Positions 19,610 to 28,521 of a stretch of 64,000 nucleotides of DNA are shown here, piece by piece. Origin of the DNA: Bacilli bacterium (GTDB lineage Bacteria > Bacillota_I > Bacilli_A > RFN20 > CAG-826); the NCBI GenBank assembly GCA_024695235.1, contig JAILIP010000009.1, positions 55,647-119,646 of the forward strand, given 5' to 3'. The translations under genes were made by a program, and so were the position numbers. Below the pieces are notes generated by a model, which saw only the letters and a list, made by a program, of their open reading frames with translations, made no database searches and was not told where the DNA came from. Numbering within the stretch: the stretch's first letter is position 1; the number at the start of each line of letters is the position of its first letter.

Positions 19610-20050
19610 ACTCTTTAGTGATGGCAAACTACACAAACTCACAAAAAGGAATTCATGAAGATAGAACGTACCCCATTAAGTTTCTCAGAAATTTGTTATT
19701 AAACGAGGATAACCGGTTGGAAAACAAAGAATTGCTGTTGTAGCAGTCTTTGCATCTGTTATTGTTAACTTCTATAACGAAATGAATAAAAGAAGAGAAG
19801 ATAGAACTCTTAAAAAGATTCTTAATGAAGTTGAGGAAATAGAAACTGAAAAAGCAAAAGAAGAGTCTAAAGAAAATTCACCGACTTAATATAAATATTA
19901 AACAACAATTAAAGAACCATTGTTTAGTTACTCTATGAACATGATATTTCATGTATCATAAAGTTGTATTCATTTGCTATTATTGATATAGTATTGTCAC
20001 GTGATAGTAAACATCATGACGTTAACTTAAAAAGTATTAGGAGAACATAT

Positions 20051-21067
20051 ATGGCAAAATTCTTAGTTACTGGCGGAGCTGGTTTCATTGGTGGAAATTT
20101 CCTCCATATCATGGTTAATAAATATCCAAACGATAAATATGTTTGCATTGATGCATTAACATATGCAGGTAATATGGAAACATTAGCCCCCATTATGGAT
20201 AAACCAAATTTTAAATTTGTTCACGAAGATATCACAAATAGAAAAGCTGTTTTTGCCTTATTTGAAAAAGAACATTTTGATTTTGTCATTAACTTTGCTG
20301 CTGAGAGCCATGTTGATAGAAGTATTGAAAATCCTGAAATTTTCTTAAAGACAAACATCTTAGGAACACAAGTTTTAATGGATGCATGTAGAAAATATGG
20401 AATTAAAAGATATCATCAAGTTTCAACCGATGAAGTATATGGCGATTTACCACTCGATAGACCAGATTTGTTCTTCCACGAAGATACTCCTATACATACG
20501 TCTTCGCCATATAGTGCTTCGAAAGCTAGTGCTGATTTATTAGTGCTTGCTTATCATAGAACATTTGGCCTACCTGTAACGATCTCAAGATGTTCAAATA
20601 ACTATGGTCCATATCATTTCCCTGAAAAGTTAATTCCGTTAATGATTCAAAAGGCTCTTCGAAACGAACCACTTCCTGTTTATGGTAACGGTGAAAATGT
20701 TAGAGATTGGCTCTATGTTGGAGACCATTGTACCGCTATTGATTTAATTGTTAGAAATGGAAAAGACGGTGAAGTTTACAATATTGGTGGGCATAATGAA
20801 AGAACAAATCTTCAAGTTGTTAAGACAATTCTTAAGGCTTTAGGAAAACCAGAATCCCTCATCAAATATGTAAAAGATAGACCGGGCCATGATTTAAGAT
20901 ATGCAATGGATCCAACAAAAATTGAAACAGAATTAGGTTGGAAACCAGAACACAATTTTGATACTGGTATAGTTGCAACCATCAAGTGGAATCTAGATAA
21001 CCAAGAGTGGTTGAAACACGTTGAATCTGGTGAATATATGAACTGGATGAAAAGGCAATACAAATAG
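20051..21067 (+). CDS. rfbB: dTDP-glucose 4,6-dehydratase
   Basis: MAKFLVTGGAGFIGGNF (Rossmann), STDEVYG and YSASKA catalytic motifs. The start is set at ATG 20051, because the 29 codons upstream in the ORF track lack homology-like features. Confidence 0.93.
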   Translation: MAKFLVTGGAGFIGGNFLHIMVNKYPNDKYVCIDALTYAGNMETLAPIMDKPNFKFVHEDITNRKAVFALFEKEHFDFVINFAAESHVDRSIENPEIFLKTNILGTQVLMDACRKYGIKRYHQVSTDEVYGDLPLDRPDLFFHEDTPIHTSSPYSASKASADLLVLAYHRTFGLPVTISRCSNNYGPYHFPEKLIPLMIQKALRNEPLPVYGNGENVRDWLYVGDHCTAIDLIVRNGKDGEVYNIGGHNERTNLQVVKTILKALGKPESLIKYVKDRPGHDLRYAMDPTKIETELGWKPEHNFDTGIVATIKWNLDNQEWLKHVESGEYMNWMKRQYK

Positions 21068-21069
21068 AT

Positions 21070-21633
21070 ATGGAAAAAGTAATTGGCAATTTTAAATTTA
21101 TAGAAACAAACATCAAAGATGTATTTGTGATTGAACCTAAAAAATATGGTGATAATCGCGGATATTTTATGGAAACATATAAACAAACTGATTTTGAAGA
21201 AGCAGGAATCAAATATAATTTCATTCAAGATAATCAATCAAAATCAAAAAGAGGAGTTCTAAGAGGTCTTCATTTTCAAACGAAACATCCTCAAGCAAAA
21301 TTGGTTAGATGTCTTGAAGGTGAAGTCTTTGATGTGTGTGTTGATTTAAGAAAAAATAGTCCAACTTATGGAAAATGGTTTGGTTTAATTCTTTCTGCTG
21401 AAAAAGGTAATATGCTAATGATTCCTCGCGGTTTTGCACATGGTTTTGTTGTAGTAAGTGAAACCGCTACATTTTGTTATAAATGTGATGAAGTTTATCA
21501 CCCAGAAGATGATGGAGGTATCATTTATAATGATCCTCAAATCGACATTAAATGGCCAGATGTTGGAGAATTACTTTTATCGGAAAAAGATCAAAAACAT
21601 CCAACACTAAAAGAAGCAAATATTACATTCTGA
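21070..21633 (+). CDS. rfbC: dTDP-4-dehydrorhamnose 3,5-epimerase
   Basis: 187 aa cupin with DNRGYFMETY, RGLHFQ and VPRGFAHGF-like motifs. Confidence 0.93.
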   Translation: MEKVIGNFKFIETNIKDVFVIEPKKYGDNRGYFMETYKQTDFEEAGIKYNFIQDNQSKSKRGVLRGLHFQTKHPQAKLVRCLEGEVFDVCVDLRKNSPTYGKWFGLILSAEKGNMLMIPRGFAHGFVVVSETATFCYKCDEVYHPEDDGGIIYNDPQIDIKWPDVGELLLSEKDQKHPTLKEANITF

Positions 21634-21637
21634 AAAT

Positions 21638-22522
21638 ATGTTAAGTAAAGATTCGAAAATAATTGTAACTGGTATAAGAGGGCAGCTTGGCTTTGATTGT
21701 TTAAGAGTGCTTGCCAAACGCGGATACACAAATGTTCTTGGAATAGATAAAGAAGAACTTGATATTACTGATGAGCAAGCTGTCATTTCTTTTATCAAAA
21801 AGGAAAAACCTGTTGCACTTATTCATAATGCCGCGTGGTCTGCAGTAGATAAGGCTGAGGAATTTCCTGAACTTGTTAATAAAGTAAATGCTCTAGGTCC
21901 TAAATATCTTGCGCAAGGTTGTAAAATGGTTGGAGCTAAGATGGTTTATATATCCACTGATTATGTTTTTGATGGACTTGGCGATAAACCATTTGAAGTT
22001 GACGCTAAAAGAAAAGGCTTATCAGTGTATGGTAAATCAAAAGCCGATGGTGAAAAGTATGTTGAAGAAGTTTTAAAAGAACATTTTATTGTACGCACAT
22101 CTTGGGCTTTTGGAATTAACGGTAATAACTTTGTTAGAATCATGCTTAACTTAGCAGATAATGGTAAAAAAGAACTCAATGTCGTATGCGATCAAATTGG
22201 TTCAGTTACATATACATATGATTTAGCAGAACTTCTTACCGATTTAATTGAAACAGATAAATTTGGAATTTATCACGCGACAAATGAAGGTTATATTTCC
22301 TGGGCAGACTTTGCAGAAAAGATATTCGCTTTAGCAGGTAAAGACGTCAAAGTTAATAAAGTGACCACAAAAGAATACCTTGCCTTAAATCCTGTTCAGG
22401 CAATTAGACCGCTTAATAGCAGACTAAGCAAAAAAGCTCTTGATAAAAATGGTTTTAAGAGACTACCAAATTGGGAAGACGCTCTTAAGCGTTATTTGAA
22501 AGAATTGGGTCGTTTAGCCTAA
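21638..22522 (+). CDS. rfbD: dTDP-4-dehydrorhamnose reductase
   Basis: 294 aa with IIVTGIRGQLG, ISTDYVFDG and YGKSKADGE motifs. Confidence 0.9.
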   Translation: MLSKDSKIIVTGIRGQLGFDCLRVLAKRGYTNVLGIDKEELDITDEQAVISFIKKEKPVALIHNAAWSAVDKAEEFPELVNKVNALGPKYLAQGCKMVGAKMVYISTDYVFDGLGDKPFEVDAKRKGLSVYGKSKADGEKYVEEVLKEHFIVRTSWAFGINGNNFVRIMLNLADNGKKELNVVCDQIGSVTYTYDLAELLTDLIETDKFGIYHATNEGYISWADFAEKIFALAGKDVKVNKVTTKEYLALNPVQAIRPLNSRLSKKALDKNGFKRLPNWEDALKRYLKELGRLA

Positions 22523-22637
22523 TTGATATTAGCAAACAATGAGGATAGAAATGATTTTCTATTCTTTTTTTATGTCTTATAATAAGTTGTCAAATATTGG
22601 ACGAAATTAATTTGTAAATAATTAAACGGAGCAGAAT

Positions 22638-23522
22638 ATGAAAGGCATTATATTAGCAGGCGGATCGGGTACACGCCTATACCCATTAACTAAAGTTACC
22701 AGTAAACAATTACTACCAGTTTATGATAAGCCAATGATCTATTACCCATTAGCAATTCTTATGCTAGCAGGTATTAGAGACATTCTCATTATTTCAACAC
22801 AAGAAGACACACCAAGATTCAAAGAACTTCTAAAAGATGGTTCCGATTTTGGTGTTCGTTTCTCATATGTTGTTCAACCATCACCAGATGGTCTTGCTCA
22901 AGCCTTCCTTCTTGGAGAAGAATTCATCGGTGATGATTCATGCGCAATGATTCTTGGCGACAACATCTTCTATGGTGACGGAATTAAAAAGAAACTTAGA
23001 GATAGTGTAGCAGCAGCTGAAAAAGGCTTTTCAACTGTTTATGGTTATTACGTCAACGATCCAGAACGTTTTGGTGTCGTTGAATTTGATGAAAACAACA
23101 ACGCAAAATCAATTGAAGAAAAACCAGCCAATCCAAAGAGTAACTATGCAGTTACTGGTTTATACTTCTATCCAAAAGGTGTTTCCAACATGGCTAAGAA
23201 AGTTAAACCAAGTCCTAGAGGTGAACTTGAAATTACTGATTTAAATGTTCTTTACCTCAAAGAAAAGAAACTATGTGTTGAACTTCTTGGACGTGGAGTA
23301 ACATGGCTTGATACAGGAACACATGAGTCCCTTGTTGATGCTTCTTTGTTTGTTAAAACAGTTGAAGATAAGATGGGTTTGAAGATTTCCTGTCCAGAAG
23401 AAATTGCCTATAAGAATGGTTGGATCAGTAAAGAACAACTTCTTAAAGAAGGCGAAAGCATGTCAAAGAATCAATATGGCAAACACTTACTAAATGTTGC
23501 TAACGGAAAGATCATGTACTAA
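22638..23522 (+). CDS. rfbA: Glucose-1-phosphate thymidylyltransferase
   Basis: [18 protein letters not shown]... with [11 protein letters not shown] and LEITD motifs. Confidence 0.95.
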   Translation: MKGIILAGGSGTRLYPLTKVTSKQLLPVYDKPMIYYPLAILMLAGIRDILIISTQEDTPRFKELLKDGSDFGVRFSYVVQPSPDGLAQAFLLGEEFIGDDSCAMILGDNIFYGDGIKKKLRDSVAAAEKGFSTVYGYYVNDPERFGVVEFDENNNAKSIEEKPANPKSNYAVTGLYFYPKGVSNMAKKVKPSPRGELEITDLNVLYLKEKKLCVELLGRGVTWLDTGTHESLVDASLFVKTVEDKMGLKISCPEEIAYKNGWISKEQLLKEGESMSKNQYGKHLLNVANGKIMY

Positions 23523-23538
23523 TTCAAGGGTGAATTAA

Positions 23539-24684
23539 ATGAAAAATGTATTTATTATCGGTTCCAAAGGAATCCCTGCTAAGTATGGGGGATATGAAAC
23601 ATTCGTTGAATATCTTACCGCAAGAAAGATAAACAAAGACATCAAATACCATGTCGCTTGTTTAGCAAAAGACAATAACGAATTTGAACATAACGGAGCA
23701 AGATGCTTTAACGTTAAGGTTCCTAATATCGGTGCTGCTAAAGCCGTCTATTATGATATCTATGCTTTAAAAAGCATCATCAAATATGTCAAAGAAAATG
23801 ATATCAAGGATGCAATTGTTTTAATTCTTGCATGCCGTATTGGTATTGTCTTTAGAAAATATGTTAGAAAACTTCACGCCTTAGGTGTTGAAGTTATTGT
23901 TAATCCAGATGGTCATGAATGGAAAAGAAGTAAATGGCCATGGATTATCAAAAAATACTGGAAATATTCTGAACGCAGAATGATTAAATACACTGATAGA
24001 ATTATCTGTGACTCAGTCAACATCGAAAAATATATCCATGAAGAATATGGAAAATATAATCCAAAGACATCTTTTGTGGCCTATGGTTCGGATGTTGTTG
24101 AATTAAAGAAAAACACCGAACTATTCAAATCATGGGCCGAGAAGTTTGATCTTAAGAGTGATGAATACTATCTAGTCGTTGGTAGATTCGTTCCAGAAAA
24201 TAACTATGAGATGATGATCAAAGGCTATATGGCGTCAAACACTAAAAAGCCACTTGTTCTCATCACAAATGTTGAAAAGAACAAATTCTATGAACGTCTA
24301 CTCAAGTCCACTCAATTTGATAAAGATCCACGAGTGAAATTCGTTGGAACGGTATATGATCAAGCGTTGCTTCAAGAAATTAGATACAATGCTTTTGCAT
24401 ATATTCATGGTCATTCTGTTGGAGGCACAAACCCAAGCCTACTTGAAGGTCTTGCCTGCACCGATTTATCAATGCTATTTGATGTATCATTCAATCGTGA
24501 AGTTGGAGGAGATACAGCCCTTTACTTTGACTCAGCTGAATCGTTTACAAAACTCATTGAAGATTCTGAAAAACTAAGCAAAGAAGAAATCGCCAAATAT
24601 GCGAAGGCCTCAAGCCAGAGAATTAAAGACAATTATTCTTGGGAATCAATATGTTCAAAATACGAAGAGAGATTTTATGAGTAA
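23539..24684 (+). CDS. Glycosyltransferase with DUF1972-type N-terminus (rhamnosyltransferase-like)
   Basis: The N-terminus IIGSKGIPAKYGGYETFVE is characteristic of DUF1972/GT4 enzymes of rhamnose-polysaccharide loci, as recalled. It sits directly after rfbA. Confidence 0.7.
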   Translation: MKNVFIIGSKGIPAKYGGYETFVEYLTARKINKDIKYHVACLAKDNNEFEHNGARCFNVKVPNIGAAKAVYYDIYALKSIIKYVKENDIKDAIVLILACRIGIVFRKYVRKLHALGVEVIVNPDGHEWKRSKWPWIIKKYWKYSERRMIKYTDRIICDSVNIEKYIHEEYGKYNPKTSFVAYGSDVVELKKNTELFKSWAEKFDLKSDEYYLVVGRFVPENNYEMMIKGYMASNTKKPLVLITNVEKNKFYERLLKSTQFDKDPRVKFVGTVYDQALLQEIRYNAFAYIHGHSVGGTNPSLLEGLACTDLSMLFDVSFNREVGGDTALYFDSAESFTKLIEDSEKLSKEEIAKYAKASSQRIKDNYSWESICSKYEERFYE

Positions 24685-25813
24685 GAAAGTAATCCTAGTC
24701 GATCAAATCGCTAAAATAAGCTATAAGTATACATTCTCACTAGCAGAATGTCTAATTAAGCAAGGTGTTGATGTTCATCTAGTTTTAGACTTAAAAAAGA
24801 ATGATGAAGTAAATTGTAAAACTGATAGCATCTTCCTTACCGATGAGAAAAATGTCTCAAAAGTTAAGAAGGTTTTTAATCTCTTTTCTTCTTATAGAAG
24901 AATAAGACAAATTATCAAGGAAGAAAACATTGATATTCTTCACATTCAATGGATCAATTTCTCACCAATTGAATATCACCTTTTGAAGCGTATTGCTAAG
25001 AAGACAAAAATTGTCATGACAGTCCATGACATCCTTCCATTTAATGAGAAGGGATATGACAAACGTTATTATCGTAAGATTTATCATCTTCCAAGCAAAA
25101 TCATTGTCCAAGCAGACACAAACTACGATAGATTCAAAGAACTATTCCCAGAAGACATTGATAAAGTCACAATCATTCCTCACGGAAACTCCTTGAAGTA
25201 TGCTGATTTACATTCTCAAGATGAATCACGTGAAAAGATTGGCATCAATAAAGACTACTTCACTTTCCTCTTCTTCGGACAAATCAAGCAAATCAAAGGT
25301 GTTGATATTCTTCTAGAAGCCTTTGAAAAATTCCATCAAAATCATCCTGAATCACAACTTGTTGTAGCAGGTAAACTATGGTATGCCGAAGAAGGTGTCT
25401 ATGAAAAGATATTCAATAGAGATGGATATCCAAAAGAATTCCTTAAATGGGATGAACGTTTCATCGGTGATGAAGAAATTGGATATTACTACTCAGCTTG
25501 TGATGTCACAGTCCTTCCGTACAAAGATTTATATCAAAGTGGAGTTATCCAGCTTGCTTATGCATATAAGAAAGTTCCAATTGTTTCAAATCTAAAACCA
25601 TTCTTAGAAGTAGTGGACGAGAATTCTGGTTACATATTCGAAAACGAGAATGTTGACTCTTTAGTTGAGGCAATGGAAAAAGCATTCCAAAACAAAAAGA
25701 ACGCTGATAAACTCGTTGAAAACGGTATCAAGACGATTAAAGCTAAATACAATTGGGAAGATATCGCCAAAAAGATCATCGATGAATGTTACGATGAAAA
25801 AATACCCGAGTAA
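24677..25813 (+). CDS. GT4-family glycosyltransferase
   Basis: Start at ATG 24677 (MSKKVILVDQ...), overlapping the upstream stop by 8 nt. Two-Rossmann GT-B layout with FFGQIKQIKGVDILLEAF... in the C-terminal half. Confidence 0.7.
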   Translation: MSKKVILVDQIAKISYKYTFSLAECLIKQGVDVHLVLDLKKNDEVNCKTDSIFLTDEKNVSKVKKVFNLFSSYRRIRQIIKEENIDILHIQWINFSPIEYHLLKRIAKKTKIVMTVHDILPFNEKGYDKRYYRKIYHLPSKIIVQADTNYDRFKELFPEDIDKVTIIPHGNSLKYADLHSQDESREKIGINKDYFTFLFFGQIKQIKGVDILLEAFEKFHQNHPESQLVVAGKLWYAEEGVYEKIFNRDGYPKEFLKWDERFIGDEEIGYYYSACDVTVLPYKDLYQSGVIQLAYAYKKVPIVSNLKPFLEVVDENSGYIFENENVDSLVEAMEKAFQNKKNADKLVENGIKTIKAKYNWEDIAKKIIDECYDEKIPE

Positions 25814-25830
25814 AAAACTCGGGTTTTCTT
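25804..25830 (+). terminator. Terminator at the end of the rfb/GT operon
   Basis: ACCCGAG-(7 nt, includes the stop codon)-CTCGGGT followed by TTTTCTT. Confidence 0.6.
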
Positions 25831-25850
25831 GTGCCTACACGTGGGCACAC

Positions 25851-25879
25851 TTGATAAATAAGACACTTGCTTATAAAAT
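25851..25879 (+). promoter_or_regulatory. Sigma-70-type promoter TTGATA-N17-TAAAAT for the GGDEF gene (leaderless candidate)
   Basis: -35 at 25851-25856 and -10 at 25874-25879, with the ATG 7 nt downstream (25887) and no SD. Confidence 0.5.
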
Positions 25880-25886
25880 ATGAACA

Positions 25887-27026
25887 ATGCAAAACTCAAA
25901 AGTTAAAAATGCTCTTCTTTATGGAGGAGTAAGCAAGGAAGAATACGAAAGAACAAAGCCTATTATCAATAGGACTAATCAAAAGATTTGGAAAATCTCA
26001 TCTGTTTTCTTTGAGATTCTCTTTTTAATTTTGTTCGTAGTTTCTTTAGTGACTCACCTTGCAATCGAAGACAAACCAGAGATATCAGAAATGTTCTTTG
26101 CCTACATGATTCCTTTTGGAGTCTTGTCATTTTACATGATAATCCTTGTCCTTGTTTTCCAAGGCGGATTCAAAAATAGTTCAAACGCATTACTTCCCCT
26201 TATTTATATTTCCATGGGAGTAATTCTAATATCGTTAGGTTCAATATCTATCTTTCTTGATGATGGTGTTAGTGGGGCAGCCTTTGTTGTCGCACTTATC
26301 ATTTTTCCGTTCTTTGTAACAGATAGACCTCTTAGATATATCATCTTTACCTTCTTAGCAGGAGTTATATATCTTTTACTTTCTTTATTTGTCAAAAAAG
26401 CATCTGTTGAATTAAAAATTAGAGATGTTATTTTAACAACGGCATCTATTCTTATTTCGATTTTCATCTCTATTGTTCTTAATATCACACGCGTTAGACG
26501 TAATGCGGATTTATACACACTTGAGTTACAAAGAGATACAGATGCCTTAACTTCTGTTAAAAACGTTAACGCTTATGACCGCAAAGTAGATGAACTTAAA
26601 GAAAAGATTCAAAACCATGCGGATGTTAGATTCGCAATCGTTATTTTTGATATCAACGATCTTAAATATATCAACGATAGTTATGGCCATCCTCAAGGTG
26701 ACCAACTCATCATTAGAACTGCAAAACTAATATGTGATGCTTTCAAGCATTCACCTGTCTATCGTATTGGTGGTGACGAGTTCGTCGCTATACTTGAAGG
26801 AATAGATTACTCAAATAGAGAAGTACTCATTCGTCAACTTCATGAAAGAATAGATCAAATTCACCAAGAAGCTAAAACAAGAAAAGATGATACATCAGTC
26901 GCCTTTGGTGTTGGAATATTTAATCCAAAGAACGACTTTGATTACATCACAGTGTTCTCACGTGCAGATGCAGAGATGTACGATAATAAGCGCATTGTGA
27001 AGGCCAGAAATGCTCAAAAGAAATAA
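25887..27026 (+). CDS. Membrane-bound diguanylate cyclase (GGDEF domain)
   Basis: The N-terminal half has approximately 5-6 TM segments. The C-terminal domain has FDINDLKYINDSYGHPQGD and an intact RIGGDEF active site. No RxxD I-site was seen upstream of GGDEF. Confidence 0.85.
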   Translation: MQNSKVKNALLYGGVSKEEYERTKPIINRTNQKIWKISSVFFEILFLILFVVSLVTHLAIEDKPEISEMFFAYMIPFGVLSFYMIILVLVFQGGFKNSSNALLPLIYISMGVILISLGSISIFLDDGVSGAAFVVALIIFPFFVTDRPLRYIIFTFLAGVIYLLLSLFVKKASVELKIRDVILTTASILISIFISIVLNITRVRRNADLYTLELQRDTDALTSVKNVNAYDRKVDELKEKIQNHADVRFAIVIFDINDLKYINDSYGHPQGDQLIIRTAKLICDAFKHSPVYRIGGDEFVAILEGIDYSNREVLIRQLHERIDQIHQEAKTRKDDTSVAFGVGIFNPKNDFDYITVFSRADAEMYDNKRIVKARNAQKK

Positions 27027-27031
27027 TTTAT

Positions 27032-27061
27032 TTGCAATAAATATAAACTTAGTTTTATAAT
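27032..27061 (+). promoter_or_regulatory. Strong sigma-70-type promoter TTGCAA-N18-TATAAT for the 27196 gene
   Basis: -35 at 27032-27037 and -10 at 27056-27061. This predicts a 5' UTR of approximately 128 nt. Confidence 0.55.
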
Positions 27062-27195
27062 TTATGTGTCCCAAAAATCATATCTAAATTGTCCCATATT
27101 AGATCTGATTAATAAGACATTTCCTATCATCCACTCAATTTAAGATAAACGTTGAGTGATTTTCTGCGTTTATCCCCTAGAAAGGAATTATTAAA

Positions 27196-27882
27196 ATGAA
27201 AAAATCAAAAATCGTCGTCCCAGCCGTTGCATTATTAGCTCTTGGTTTGGCCGCTTCTACAACTGCTACAGTTGCATGGTTCCAAGCAACATCAGCAGCT
27301 ACATTAACAGACAAATCAGCACCAGCAACAGTTAATGTTCAATCTTCTACTTATAGTGCAGGTGCATATTATGTTAAAGCAACTGCATCATTCTCACCAA
27401 GCGCAGCTCTTGATTATACTGATAAGAATGGCTCCACTTGGGTAATCGTTAATGGTTATTTAAGAACAGCCGCAGTTAAAAGTGCAAAATACGCATCAGT
27501 TACAATTGCAGTAAACTTCTATTCGAACGAAGCTTGTACACAAGCTGCTACTGTATCCGAACTCGCTGAAATTGGCGCCGCATTTAGTGGTTTAACAGTT
27601 ACAATCAACCCAGATGCAAACACAAGATTAACAACCAGTGATCCAAGTAGCAATTTTGCTACAGCTTTCGCTTCTAAATTGGATGTTAGTGATACGGTCA
27701 ATGTTACCTTAAGCTCTGCCGGCGCAGCTTCATATTCGAATAATACCCATTATGTCTCAGTTAATGGCGATGGTACAAGTGAAGTTGCAGATGCTCACGT
27801 TGATGGCGAAGCCGCCGCATCAGAATACACTACAGATGGCGGACTTACATTAACAATCGCTTCTACAGCAAGATCTGCTTAA
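27196..27882 (+). CDS. Small secreted Ala/Ser/Thr-rich protein with a SipW-cognate-like signal peptide; candidate major fibre subunit
   Basis: 228 aa. The sequence runs MKKSK, then a hydrophobic helix, then TATVAWFQATS. The mature part is A/S/T/V-rich with beta-strand-like alternation. SD AGAAAGGA lies upstream. The gene is monocistronic, with its own promoter and a strong terminator. Confidence 0.6.
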   Translation: MKKSKIVVPAVALLALGLAASTTATVAWFQATSAATLTDKSAPATVNVQSSTYSAGAYYVKATASFSPSAALDYTDKNGSTWVIVNGYLRTAAVKSAKYASVTIAVNFYSNEACTQAATVSELAEIGAAFSGLTVTINPDANTRLTTSDPSSNFATAFASKLDVSDTVNVTLSSAGAASYSNNTHYVSVNGDGTSEVADAHVDGEAAASEYTTDGGLTLTIASTARSA

Positions 27883-27906
27883 TTTATAATCTTTATAAAG
27901 ATTTAG

Positions 27907-27929
27907 GGCACACTATGTGTGCCTTTTTT
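27907..27929 (+). terminator. Intrinsic terminator after the 27196 gene
   Basis: GGCACAC-tat-GTGTGCC followed by T6. Confidence 0.8.
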
Positions 27930-28032
27930 AAAAGAAAGCAAATTATTTGGTTTCTACAATCTGACTTCGAGCAAAAACTTTTTGCATTTTCACACATATG
28001 TTACTATTATTAAAGGTGCGTATAGGTGGATT

Positions 28033-28407
28033 ATGAAACCATTAACAAAAAAGATTTTGATTTATAGTGGCCTTTCACTCGACATTATTGTCACTGTGTT
28101 TTTGTTTGTTTTATCAATCATAATGTTGGCCACAATGCCAGAAACATATCCTGGATTTGATATGAAAATGTATTATGAAAGCCATCCTGGTTTCATAACT
28201 TATTTGCAGGCAAATCCTACAGTATACTTATTAGCATGCGTCTTGCCTCTTGTTATTCTTTTGATTGGCAATATATTTTTACTTATTTTATTCATTAATA
28301 AAGCCGGAAAGAAAAAAGCGGCGTTGTCAGATTTATCAGAGGATCAAAAGGCTGCCCTTCGTGCTGAAATCCTTAAAGAAATGGATTCACCAGAAGAAAA
28401 GAAATAA
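28033..28407 (+). CDS. Small two-TM membrane protein with a charged C-terminal tail, unknown function
   Basis: Start at ATG 28033 (MKPLTKKILIYSG...), preceded by AGGTGG. It has two hydrophobic segments and the tail LSEDQKAALRAEILKEMDSPEEKK. Confidence 0.55.
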   Translation: MKPLTKKILIYSGLSLDIIVTVFLFVLSIIMLATMPETYPGFDMKMYYESHPGFITYLQANPTVYLLACVLPLVILLIGNIFLLILFINKAGKKKAALSDLSEDQKAALRAEILKEMDSPEEKK

Positions 28408-28426
28408 GTGTCTTAGTAGTTTGAAT

Positions 28427-28450
28427 GCGAGCTCATACGGGCTCGCTTTT
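28427..28450 (+). terminator. Intrinsic terminator after the 28033 gene
   Basis: GCGAGCTC-atac-GGGCTCGC (8 bp, one G:T pair) followed by TTTT. Confidence 0.7.
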
Positions 28451-28485
28451 AATTTTCATGAACTTTAGTTCATAAATATTGGTGT

Positions 28486-28515
28486 TTGAATACACGCATA
28501 TATACGTGATATATT
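28486..28515 (+). promoter_or_regulatory. Promoter TTGAAT-N18-(TGa)TATATT driving riboswitch 1 and operon 1
   Basis: -35 at 28486-28491 and an extended -10 TGATATATT at 28507-28515. The predicted start site lies at approximately 28522, at the 5' edge of the aptamer. Confidence 0.5.
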
Positions 28516-28521
28516 TAAATT

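Noticed and set aside
19964-20050. 29-codon 5' extension of rfbB in the ORF track (MYSFAIIDIVLSRDSK...)
   Set aside because: The Rossmann motif of RfbB normally starts within approximately 10 residues of the N-terminus. MAKFLVTGGAGFIG at 20051 fits that, and the extension starts at a non-ATG codon without an SD.
20812-21237. 141-aa and 80-aa minus-strand ORFs across the rfbB/rfbC junction
   Set aside because: They lie antisense to highly conserved rfb genes. They are Ile/Phe-rich, low-complexity translations typical of AT-rich antisense frames.
22544-22571. Possible terminator between rfbD and rfbA (GATAGAAA-tgat-TTTCTATT then a T-run)
   Set aside because: The stem consists entirely of weak A:T pairs apart from one G:C pair, so it may not function. 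It is noted but not listed as a feature, and rfbA may still be co-transcribed with rfbBCD.
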